Source: a virus (Duplodnaviria > Heunggongvirae > Uroviricota > Caudoviricetes). Taken from it: 64,000 nucleotides of DNA. This document shows positions 38,609 through 46,436 of this stretch, in pieces. Position 1 is the first letter of the stretch. Each line of letters starts with the position of its first letter. The position numbers and the translations under genes were made by a program. The notes beneath the pieces are model-generated. The model was not told the origin of the DNA. It did no database searches and saw only the letters and a program-made list of their open reading frames with translations. The stretch spans positions 75,710 through 139,709 of the IMG/VR virus record IMGVR_UViG_3300037455_000372; one strand, 5' to 3'.

Positions 38609-38833
38609 CTAACGAGACCTTGAGGACAGACGACCGATTGACGCGTCTTGGCACTTGTCATTATTGGTCTTGGCCGTGCCGAAAGTCTTCTTCATCGTGT
38701 TAACGAGCTTCATAAGCATATGGACTACGATTCCGACATACATAAGGTACTGAGCCTTGTCGAGAATCTTGAAGAGCCAGTCATACTTCTTCGGCTTAGG
38801 CTCCTCGATAATTTGGATAAGCATTTTTAACAT
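38609..38833 (-). CDS. Small single-pass membrane protein
   Basis: YLMYVGIVVHMLMKLV hydrophobic stretch; first gene after a sigma70-like promoter. Confidence 0.55.
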   Translation of the reverse strand: MLKMLIQIIEEPKPKKYDWLFKILDKAQYLMYVGIVVHMLMKLVNTMKKTFGTAKTNNDKCQDASIGRLSSRSR

Positions 38834-38863
38834 AAAAATCTCCGCCTGAGTTAGACGGAGAAA

Positions 38864-38892
38864 ATAATAGCTGCGAAAAATTTGAAACTCAA
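38864..38892 (-). promoter_or_regulatory. sigma70-like promoter TTGAGT-N17-TATTAT
   Basis: Exact spacing; upstream of the small-membrane-protein/AAA operon. Confidence 0.55.
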
Positions 38893-38924
38893 GCCGATTT
38901 GGGTCGAGTTATGTAAAAAGATAT

Positions 38925-39560
38925 TTACTTACGTTCAACAAATTCGGAACACCAGACAGAGTTTCCGTTGCGGAAATCTTCGTCGACATCCCAGAACTCG
39001 CCATCCGGTCCGTATTCGGGGTTCAAGCCGTGAGCGTCGATGCCGTCGGCGGCCATTTCTTCCTCGAAGTCCTTGAGTTCTTTCAAGTCACTTTCTTCAA
39101 GACCGCTGGTATCGCCGTTAACCAAAGCAGAAAGCAATTTTTCCGGAACATAGGCACAGCGAATTTCGCCGCGAGAAGTATCGGTCTTCTTGATTGCCAC
39201 GTTCTGAACCGGCACATAACCCTTGGACACTTCGATGTAGTCTTCCGGATGTTCAGGCGTGTCTGTCTCAGCATAACCTTCGATACCGTGTTCGGCCAGC
39301 TTGGTGATTACCGTGTCAATGGCATCGGATTCGTCAGAAGCTTGGACGGTAATTTCAAGCGGATGGGGGTCGATACCACCGTGACTCAAGGTCACGTCGA
39401 AGTTCGGCCTATCGGAAAGGTTAATGTACTTGCAGTCTGCACCAGTAGATTCGCAGAACGCCTCGAACCCCTTCTGGAGAAGCGGAAGCGCATCCTTGCA
39501 GTTGAGCTTGTCGCACACGCCTTCCATAAAGGCCGCATACATTTGTTGTTTTTTGTCCAT
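38925..39560 (-). CDS. Hypothetical acidic protein with shared leader
   Basis: YAAFMEGVCDKLNC...LQKGFEAFCES, nearly identical to the N-terminus of 5156..5893. Confidence 0.8.
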   Translation of the reverse strand: MDKKQQMYAAFMEGVCDKLNCKDALPLLQKGFEAFCESTGADCKYINLSDRPNFDVTLSHGGIDPHPLEITVQASDESDAIDTVITKLAEHGIEGYAETDTPEHPEDYIEVSKGYVPVQNVAIKKTDTSRGEIRCAYVPEKLLSALVNGDTSGLEESDLKELKDFEEEMAADGIDAHGLNPEYGPDGEFWDVDEDFRNGNSVWCSEFVERK

Positions 39561-39574
39561 AAGAGGTTCCTCTT

Positions 39575-40324
39575 TTAGCTAAGGTCGGTCATCATAAACG
39601 GTTGTGCGGACTGAGCCTTCAGTTCTTCCATAAGGCGTTTCCACTCTTCCAAACCGTCAGTGTAAATCTGTTGTCCGTTCACCTTGCCGCCACCCGGAAG
39701 AGGCATATCGTCCTTCTTCAAGATACGTCCAAGCTGGATTTCCGCACGGGCGAGAGCCATATCTTGGAACAGCGGGTTGGCAAACACTTCGTACTTCTTC
39801 GCCTTGACATAGACCGTAGCGATTGCCACACGGTCAGACTTCGGCGTCGGGTAGACACGAAGAATGTGCTGTTGCGGATGGAGCTTGATGTTGTACTGTG
39901 TACCCACCAGCTTCTTCACGTCTTGCAAGTAGCGCAAGGCACCGGAATAAGTAATCAAGTCGAACTGTCCAAGTCCGCCCAAACCGGCACCGCCGACACC
40001 CATTAGGGATTCGCCCGGACCCACGTCCCAAGCCATCATCGGCGAAAAAGTGTTACCATAGGACGGCGATACGTCGACCACTTCCATAATCTCGTCAGGC
40101 ACTCGGTACTGGATAACCCCAGCCTTCAATCGGAGCACCATAGCGTCCATATAGGAAGCTTCGTCTTGGTTGATACGGTAGAACCAGTTCAAGGTATCGT
40201 TCACGGCCATATGGAGGTGACCGAGGCCATTGCGTTCCTCAACCACCATTTCGATTTCGGTGCAAGGATAACCAAGCATCGCCTTGATTTTTTCAACCAT
40301 ATCATCGGTCGTGATAATCTGCAT
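39575..40324 (-). CDS. gp13: Neck protein, T4 gp13-like
   Basis: KIKAMLGYPCTEIE; C-terminal PLPGGGKVNGQQIYTDG. Confidence 0.8.
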   Translation of the reverse strand: MQIITTDDMVEKIKAMLGYPCTEIEMVVEERNGLGHLHMAVNDTLNWFYRINQDEASYMDAMVLRLKAGVIQYRVPDEIMEVVDVSPSYGNTFSPMMAWDVGPGESLMGVGGAGLGGLGQFDLITYSGALRYLQDVKKLVGTQYNIKLHPQQHILRVYPTPKSDRVAIATVYVKAKKYEVFANPLFQDMALARAEIQLGRILKKDDMPLPGGGKVNGQQIYTDGLEEWKRLMEELKAQSAQPFMMTDLS

Positions 40325-40335
40325 CGGCTACCTCA

Positions 40336-40833
40336 TTAAGCAGAAAACTGCTGGTACTTGTAAATGATGGTGGTCATAGCCTCGTCGAAATCGGCGAAGA
40401 TATTCTTGACTCCTTCGGGGAACTTGTCGTTCTTCTTCACGGCGTCGTTCATATGCTTGTCGATGTACTTGAGGAGTTCAAGGACAGCCTTGTCGTCCAG
40501 ATCGGTCGACTTGGAGGCAGCCGGGAATTCCTTGTCGCACGGCTTGTTGGTCAGTGCCATATAGGTCTCGGCAAGCTTGTCACCGGCATCGCGGCAAAGG
40601 TCATAAGCCTCGTTCAAGAGGGTATGCTTAACCATTCGGTCTACATTCCAGTGGATTTGGTTAAGTGCGTTCGCCTCCACGAGGAGCCAGACGGCCATTT
40701 CCTTCAAAGTTTCGTAGTTATTGCCAACACCATCCCCGGCTTCCAGTCGAGGAGCATAGGCAGCCAATACGGCAGCACTGTTGTTGGGGCAGACACGCTG
40801 TACGGACTCGCAAAAAAGCTTGTAATTCGCCAT
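40336..40833 (-). CDS. Ferritin/Dps-like four-helix protein with shared leader
   Basis: QIHWNV...KHTLLNEAYD...DKLAETY resembles the Dps ferroxidase motif; N-terminus LFCESVQRVC. Confidence 0.65.
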   Translation of the reverse strand: MANYKLFCESVQRVCPNNSAAVLAAYAPRLEAGDGVGNNYETLKEMAVWLLVEANALNQIHWNVDRMVKHTLLNEAYDLCRDAGDKLAETYMALTNKPCDKEFPAASKSTDLDDKAVLELLKYIDKHMNDAVKKNDKFPEGVKNIFADFDEAMTTIIYKYQQFSA

Positions 40834-40860
40834 TTTTAAGCACCAGATTGTTTACAATGC

Positions 40861-40899
40861 AGTTTATATGTTGCACCGAAACCACCGAATTGCTATATT
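40861..40899. promoter_or_regulatory. Divergent pair: late TATAAACT (40861-40868, minus) and sigma70-like TTGCAC-N17-TATATT (40871-40899, plus)
   Basis: Both read directly from the sequence, with exact spacing. Confidence 0.6.
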
Positions 40900-40923
40900 C
40901 TTGAAAAACTATCCGAGGTAAAT

Positions 40924-41241
40924 ATGACCCAAGAAGAACAGACTACCGAACTGAATCCAGAACAGAAGGCAAAGAAGAGCCAAGTCGAAGCCTTCATCAA
41001 GGAAATCGAAAAGCACGAAAACGACCCGGAATACCGTCATATGATGGAAAATCTCCGCCGAGTACAGAAAGAGTTTAAGGAATTTATGGCTTTGCCGAAG
41101 GAACAGCGTTCCAAGATTATGTTCGGCATTCAAGTCCAGCTTATCCGCCGCGAAATCGATGCGAATCCGGAATCTCCGTACAACTGGCAGCGTCGCGAAA
41201 AAGAGGAACGCGGTCGAGGAACCGTCACGAAGATCGGCTAA
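40924..41241 (+). CDS. Hypothetical charged helical protein
   Basis: 105 aa; GAGG SD; sigma70-like promoter upstream. Confidence 0.65.
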   Translation: MTQEEQTTELNPEQKAKKSQVEAFIKEIEKHENDPEYRHMMENLRRVQKEFKEFMALPKEQRSKIMFGIQVQLIRREIDANPESPYNWQRREKEERGRGTVTKIG

Positions 41242-41636
41242 TCCTTGGCCACGCGCACCATATAACAGACATTCGATTTAGGATGGGGTTCGTTTACGAA
41301 AACGAATCCCATTTTTTCATAGAACCCGAACGCGTCGCGCTTTGCTACTAGCTTGATTGCACGGTGTTCTTGCATAACCATTTCCATAATACGCCGTCCG
41401 ATGCCCATTTTCTGGTAAGGCTTTGCCACCTCTAGGCACCATACCTTTGCAAACGCCGGATAATATCCCAGCTGGACGACCGCAATGCCGACAATCTTGC
41501 CGTCGATTCTGGCAACATACGCCGGAAATCCGAAAAAGTCGTTCTTTTTCATCATTGCGGTGAGCAAAGTGAGGTCTTCGTTGCCAGGAATCTCGGCTAC
41601 AGACCTCGGCATTTCAATTTTATCTAGTGTTTCCAT
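41238..41636 (-). CDS. GNAT-family acetyltransferase
   Basis: LEVAKPYQKMGIGRRIM and AFGFYEKMGF. Confidence 0.9.
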   Translation of the reverse strand: METLDKIEMPRSVAEIPGNEDLTLLTAMMKKNDFFGFPAYVARIDGKIVGIAVVQLGYYPAFAKVWCLEVAKPYQKMGIGRRIMEMVMQEHRAIKLVAKRDAFGFYEKMGFVFVNEPHPKSNVCYMVRVAKD

Positions 41637-42220
41637 CCAAAATGACTCGGAAACGCGTCAACGACTCCGTGTAACGGCGTGTTTATCGTGAATGGTTTCC
41701 ACGTCTTGAAGTTGAACTCTTGGGAAGGATCAACCGCTTCCTCCGACGCGACCGCTAGGAGAATGTACGGCGGATTGTCAACCGACTTGAACAGTCCGGA
41801 CACGCCCACGGCGATTGCCTCCACAGCAACACCAAGCGACACCACTTCAAGTTCGACGGTCTTACCCAAGTTTTCAGCAAGGAAGTCAACGATTTCAGGG
41901 TTCTGGTAGACATCGCCGCGAGAAACAACCACCATCTTCGAGTAGACAGTCCAACCGTTCGGAATGCCGTCGAACAATATGTCAATGATTTTCTTCTTCG
42001 ACACCTCGTCAAGGAAAATACCGAAATATTGCGGTTTTTCGCCATTTCCGATGTCCATCAAGTGTTTCCGGTAATACTCGCGACGGAAGGCGATCGCGTG
42101 TTCCTTTGTCCACTGAACCATACGCGGTTCACCCAAGTCTCGTCCGGCTTTTTCGGACTCGATATATTTGTCACGGAGCATTTCTTCTTTTTGCTCCGCC
42201 ATCATAGCCTTCATATCCAT
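41624..42220 (-). CDS. 2H-phosphoesterase-like protein with degenerate His motifs and a small N-terminal domain
   Basis: YFGIFLDE..IPNGWTVY-SKMV..LGKTVELEV..AIAVGV..NPPYILLAV follows the tRNA-ligase-type 2H pattern but lacks both HxT motifs. Confidence 0.55.
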   Translation of the reverse strand: MDMKAMMAEQKEEMLRDKYIESEKAGRDLGEPRMVQWTKEHAIAFRREYYRKHLMDIGNGEKPQYFGIFLDEVSKKKIIDILFDGIPNGWTVYSKMVVVSRGDVYQNPEIVDFLAENLGKTVELEVVSLGVAVEAIAVGVSGLFKSVDNPPYILLAVASEEAVDPSQEFNFKTWKPFTINTPLHGVVDAFPSHFGWKH

Positions 42221-42314
42221 TGGCCGGACCTCCCTACTATCAAATATAGTTTATCGACCAAAAAGCGTCCACCGATTACTCGATGGACGTGTAAACACTT
42301 ATAAACACCAATAA

Positions 42315-42740
42315 CTAGGCGGTTTCGGTCGTGTCGTCAGCAGACTTCTTCTTGCGAGAGGTCTTCTTTGCGATAACGACAGCGTCACCAGCTTCCTCGC
42401 CGACGGAAATGCCGTTCACGAGGTCGTTAGCCTTCTCGTCTTCCTTGACGAAAGCGTTATAGGCTTCTTCCTGAACAGCTTCCGGAAGGGGTTCAGACTT
42501 CGTTTCAGCGGTCGGCTGCACAAACATCGTACCGAAGTCCATCTTCTCAAGATTCTTCAAGAAATCCTGATACTCGGCGCGGTACTTCGCAATCATATCT
42601 TCAGTGACTGCGTTTGCGTTGAGTGCGTTGGAAGCGCGGTTCTGCTCGGCCACCTTGGCGGCCATATGCTGCTGAACCATAGCTTCAGTCTGGGGAGAAC
42701 GAGGCATCGTCTTGATGCTGGTTACTTTGAAATTGAGCAT
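42315..42740 (-). CDS. Hypothetical late protein
   Basis: 141 aa; TATAAACA at 42783-42790. Confidence 0.7.
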   Translation of the reverse strand: MLNFKVTSIKTMPRSPQTEAMVQQHMAAKVAEQNRASNALNANAVTEDMIAKYRAEYQDFLKNLEKMDFGTMFVQPTAETKSEPLPEAVQEEAYNAFVKEDEKANDLVNGISVGEEAGDAVVIAKKTSRKKKSADDTTETA

Positions 42741-42785
42741 TGTTTGTCCATTGTTGTGGGGAGATACCCCGTGTTATCACTATGT

Positions 42786-43001
42786 TTATAACTTCTTTCC
42801 CATCTTGATGCCGGTGAGTACCGGTGTATCGGCTCCGCCAGTCAGTTCCTTCTCGTACGTAAGGTCTTCCATATAGGCTTCGAGACGGCTCTTGCACTTG
42901 ACAGTTTCCTTGCCGCCCATAGGGAGAGTGGGCATCGTCTGGTTCGCTGCGGCAATAGTCTGCTGCCGCTTCTTGTTCAGCAAAAAATCAATATCTAGCA
43001 T
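42786..43001 (-). CDS. Hypothetical protein
   Basis: 71 aa; TGATG overlap with the gp15 stop. Confidence 0.6.
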   Translation of the reverse strand: MLDIDFLLNKKRQQTIAAANQTMPTLPMGGKETVKCKSRLEAYMEDLTYEKELTGGADTPVLTGIKMGKKL

Positions 43002-44605
43002 CAGGTCACTTCCGTGGTTCTAAGTGCAATCATAGTCTCAGAGAAATTAGTCTTGACACCAAACGCACCCTTCTTGCCTTCATCGTAAAGCACGAAGTAG
43101 AAAGAGTAGATGGTTGTGTTGTCGCAACGTATCGGTTCGCTTTCAAAACGCTTGAACATCGAAGTCGTGTGATATGCGAAATAGAGTTTTCCATCGCTCA
43201 CACCCCAGTCGAACCACACCTCACCCTTCGGTATTACAGTACCGTCAGAAAGCGTCACGTCTTCTGGATTGTACAGGTATTGGAAAACCGTATCGCACTG
43301 CTGCTTGAACTGCAGCGTCGCCTTGAAGGTATAGGACTCCTCAATCTTTCCTTCCTTGTTATCGCCAAACCAGTTGAGGATGTGCGACCAGTCCGTAGCG
43401 GTCTCATAACCACCCGGCGCATAGCTTCCGTTACCCGGTGCCAAGTCCGGAACAAATTCACGAGTTTCGTCGTTCACCGCAACGAAGTCACGACCCATAC
43501 CGCTGTAATCGACTTCAAGGTCGGTGTCCTCGTCGAAGTTAAGATGGATCAAGTCAAACTGCGGAACCTCTACCGGACGCGCAACATCGCCGACAACCAC
43601 GTCCTCCCAAGAGTAAATGGGAATCGGGTCGCCGTCGGCATCAGTTATCTCCTTACCAGCCGCATTCTTCTGGTTTCCCTTGTAGATAGGGTTGTAACCG
43701 CCCATCGTCTTTCCAATCTGGTTCCGGTGAGTAATGTCGTTAGGATCTCGAATTGTCAAATCGAGTTCCTTCATCGTCATATCCTTCCAGTATTCCTCGC
43801 CGTTCTCGTCAGTCCTACGAACAAGCGTACGCGTGAAGGTTTTCAGGAGAGACCAGCCTTCACGGATGGACGGCTCGACGGTTTCCCAGAGGTGTTTCTT
43901 CTGCTGCGCGATTTCATCCGGATAAACGAACACTTGGAGCGAATCTTGATACTCGTTGTTCACAATGAAATTCATCTGCGCATACTTGATTATGGCCGGG
44001 AGTTCATAGGGACGGTGATAGACAGCGATTGCCTCAATAGTGTAGGTAGTCTTGTAGAACTGGTACTCATTGCTGGTGTCACCCTTCTCGTCGTCAAGGT
44101 TATCGCTCCACGTAATCTTGAACGGAATCGGACGCTCGATCTTCGGTGCGAAATCCCATTCCTTGATACGGACGGTTCTATAGGTGTTGAAGTACGGCTC
44201 GATCTGTTCCTTCAAGAAAAAGAAGTCCGCCAAGTTGTCCGAAAGTACAGTAAGCTCGAACGTAATCGTCATCGGCGTAGGCTGGATATCACGGACGAAC
44301 TTCTCGATATCCTCGGCGAGGATTTCGCGAGCGTAGGTCGGCTGTACCATATGAGTCTCGTCGTGACGGTTAGACACATACCGGAAACCAGCGCAAGGAA
44401 CCGGCATCGGCTCTTGGGCTGTGGCCGTCGATGACACATAGTTTGCAAAGTCGTCAGAATTGTGCGAGTACAGCGGCACAGCTACCGTACGGTTCTCCAC
44501 AGTGCGGTTCTGGTCATCATAGCGTTTCACTCTCAAATTGTTGAAAACGTCCATAATGGCAATCATTACTTTCTCAATTTCGCGAACGTAGTATACCGGA
44601 GTCAT
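43001..44605 (-). CDS. gp15: Tail terminator / sheath stabiliser, T4 gp15-like, with C-terminal extension
   Basis: EIEKVMIAIMDVFNNL, VAVPL, PTPMTITFEL..EQIEPYFN; ~280 extra residues including a LamG-like LNFDE..DYSG motif. Confidence 0.8.
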   Translation of the reverse strand: MTPVYYVREIEKVMIAIMDVFNNLRVKRYDDQNRTVENRTVAVPLYSHNSDDFANYVSSTATAQEPMPVPCAGFRYVSNRHDETHMVQPTYAREILAEDIEKFVRDIQPTPMTITFELTVLSDNLADFFFLKEQIEPYFNTYRTVRIKEWDFAPKIERPIPFKITWSDNLDDEKGDTSNEYQFYKTTYTIEAIAVYHRPYELPAIIKYAQMNFIVNNEYQDSLQVFVYPDEIAQQKKHLWETVEPSIREGWSLLKTFTRTLVRRTDENGEEYWKDMTMKELDLTIRDPNDITHRNQIGKTMGGYNPIYKGNQKNAAGKEITDADGDPIPIYSWEDVVVGDVARPVEVPQFDLIHLNFDEDTDLEVDYSGMGRDFVAVNDETREFVPDLAPGNGSYAPGGYETATDWSHILNWFGDNKEGKIEESYTFKATLQFKQQCDTVFQYLYNPEDVTLSDGTVIPKGEVWFDWGVSDGKLYFAYHTTSMFKRFESEPIRCDNTTIYSFYFVLYDEGKKGAFGVKTNFSETMIALRTTEVT

Positions 44606-44622
44606 CTATACACCTCATTCGC

Positions 44623-44649
44623 AGTTTATCATAACCAACCATATAAACT
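44623..44649. promoter_or_regulatory. Back-to-back late motifs (GATAAACT minus 44623-44630; TATAAACT plus 44642-44649)
   Basis: Divergent gap between gp15 and the 44672 gene. Confidence 0.6.
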
Positions 44650-44671
44650 GACGGTAAAGAGAGGTTATATT

Positions 44672-44986
44672 ATGACACCAGCAACCGACGAACAGAAGCT
44701 TTTCATTTTCCGTCTCGGAAAACTCGCAACCGACGAAAACCGCGCCGTCATTGAAGGCGTTACCAAGGCGTTCGGCCTAATCAACAACATCGATACGACC
44801 TTGACGGAAGCCGAAGTGAGCAAGTTCGACGCGATCAACTTCCTCGAAGCCCAGCGCGGAGACACCGACCCCAAGGCGTTCCTCGAATCTGTGTCAGCAA
44901 CGGTTCTCGCAGAAACCCAGCCAGCCGACTTCGGACAAGTCCGTAAGGCTCTAAACGAATACAGACAGTTCCTCTCCAGAGAATAA
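44672..44986 (+). CDS. Small late protein (candidate head cargo)
   Basis: Start re-assigned to ATG 44672 (GAGG SD); VIEG, LTEA and FLES sites. Confidence 0.7.
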   Translation: MTPATDEQKLFIFRLGKLATDENRAVIEGVTKAFGLINNIDTTLTEAEVSKFDAINFLEAQRGDTDPKAFLESVSATVLAETQPADFGQVRKALNEYRQFLSRE

Positions 44987-44987
44987 C

Positions 44988-45014
44988 AAAAAGGCCGCTA
45001 AACAGCGGCCTTTC
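44988..45014. terminator. Bidirectional intrinsic terminator
   Basis: AAAGGCCGCT-AAAC-AGCGGCCTTT. Confidence 0.8.
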
Positions 45015-45037
45015 TGCTACTATGCAGATGTAACCTC

Positions 45038-45445
45038 CTACTCGATGTTAATTTTCTTCACTTCATCTTCAGGCTTCTTGACCTTCGGAATCTTCACGGT
45101 CAGCACGCCGTCGGCATACGCGTACTTGGCGTTTTCAATGTCGAGCTTGGTAGCAAAGTAAGTAGCGTACTTGTACTCCTTGCCGTTGATCGTGCGCTTG
45201 GCCTCGACCTTGATGTACTGACCCTTGCGTTCAACGTCAAGGGATTCTTTCGGGCAGCCCGGAAGGTCAATGATAACCGTTTCGCCTTCGCCGTCCTCAT
45301 AGGTGAACGTACTCGGCTGATAAGCATCGTCAGAAATCTGCGGCTTATGTTCCGCGTCGATAGAACCGGCGATTTCACGAACAAGCTGGGCGAAATCACG
45401 ACCGAAAGGCATACTGAAGGAAGGAAGAATTGTAGTACCAAACAT
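45038..45445 (-). CDS. hsp20: Small heat-shock protein (Hsp20/alpha-crystallin)
   Basis: IIDLPGCPKESLDV and AKYAYADGVLTVKIPK. Confidence 0.92.
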   Translation of the reverse strand: MFGTTILPSFSMPFGRDFAQLVREIAGSIDAEHKPQISDDAYQPSTFTYEDGEGETVIIDLPGCPKESLDVERKGQYIKVEAKRTINGKEYKYATYFATKLDIENAKYAYADGVLTVKIPKVKKPEDEVKKINIE

Positions 45446-45491
45446 TTTTTACCTCTTTGTTAAATTGGTTTTGTTTCTTCGCCGTTACTAT

Positions 45492-45510
45492 AGCAAAAAG
45501 CGTGCCAAAA
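45492..45510 (-). promoter_or_regulatory. sigma54-type -24/-12 consensus TTGGCACGCTTTTTGCT (overlaps a sigma70-like TTGTGT-N17-TATAGT)
   Basis: Perfect GG-N10-GC match upstream of hsp20. Confidence 0.55.
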
Positions 45511-45514
45511 CACA

Positions 45515-45540
45515 AAGGCTGCGGTTTTACCCGCAGCCCC
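45515..45540 (-). terminator. Intrinsic terminator
   Basis: GGCTGCGG-GTAAAA-CCGCAGCC-TTT on the minus strand. Confidence 0.7.
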
Positions 45541-45566
45541 GTGAGGAGGAATCATGATGAGAAGTT

Positions 45567-46043
45567 CTAGCGCAGCTTAATCTGGTCTTTATAGTCTTCT
45601 TGGGTGATAGGCTCGTTGCCCCAAGCACTGGCCGTGCTGCAGATGGAATACCGATTCTTCAAGAGGTTCAGCACCTCGTCCTTGTCCAGAACCTCGCGCT
45701 TTTCGGCCTCTTCGCGGTCTTCCTCGGCTCCCTTTCCGTTGGGTTTCTTCTGGATAGGGTACTCCATACGGCGATAATTGAGATCTCCAAGCCCCGGAGT
45801 ATTGTTAATCGGGTCATCTTCGACGAATTTTTCCTGTTCCGCAGCAAGACGGTCTTCGGTGTGCCAGTAATTCTGCTCGTAGGCACGCTTAACGAACTTC
45901 TCGGCCTTGCCGCTCTTGATGTCGCCCACGTCCGGTATCAAGCTCTGGGCTTGCACGAAGATGTCGTGACGCCAGTCCGGATGGGTATCGAAATTGTCAC
46001 CAACCATTCCTAGTACATTACCGCTGTTAATTTTCTGAGCCAT
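45567..46043 (-). CDS. Hypothetical late protein
   Basis: 158 aa; late motif at 46071-46078. Confidence 0.7.
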   Translation of the reverse strand: MAQKINSGNVLGMVGDNFDTHPDWRHDIFVQAQSLIPDVGDIKSGKAEKFVKRAYEQNYWHTEDRLAAEQEKFVEDDPINNTPGLGDLNYRRMEYPIQKKPNGKGAEEDREEAEKREVLDKDEVLNLLKNRYSICSTASAWGNEPITQEDYKDQIKLR

Positions 46044-46160
46044 AGTGAAGCCTCGGTGTTATCATACCCAAGTTTATATGATTTTGAAACGCGCTTCGCT
46101 TCAAAATTGTACTATTTTAGTTGAAAAATGCAACTGATAAGCTATTCTATGAGGTTCCAA

Positions 46161-46391
46161 ATGAAAAAGATTCTTTTCGCACTGTTCACGCTGGCCGCCA
46201 TCTCGTTCGCCAGCAAGCCGCTCGTACTCGAAGTTTGCAACGATAGGACTTGCTATCTCCAGATTATCGCCGACGCAAAGTCTTGGACTTGGATTAACGA
46301 TTTCAACGGGAAGCGGTACATCCGCGTCTACTTGTACAATTCCAACAAAATGATCGACATTCAGGCGACTTCCGTCAAGGTCAAAAAATAA
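46161..46391 (+). CDS. Small secreted protein (Sec signal peptide)
   Basis: MKKILFALFTLAAISFA-SK signal; GAGG SD; start re-assigned. Confidence 0.7.
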   Translation: MKKILFALFTLAAISFASKPLVLEVCNDRTCYLQIIADAKSWTWINDFNGKRYIRVYLYNSNKMIDIQATSVKVKK

Positions 46392-46436
46392 ACCGCTACG
46401 AACGGTCGGGTTTCCATTTCGTAGCGGTCTATCTCG

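Noticed and set aside
38386-38833. Programmed frameshift joining the two overlapping small ORFs upstream of the AAA gene
   Set aside because: A GTG start with an AGGA SD at 38598 removes the overlap, and no convincing slippery heptamer was seen.
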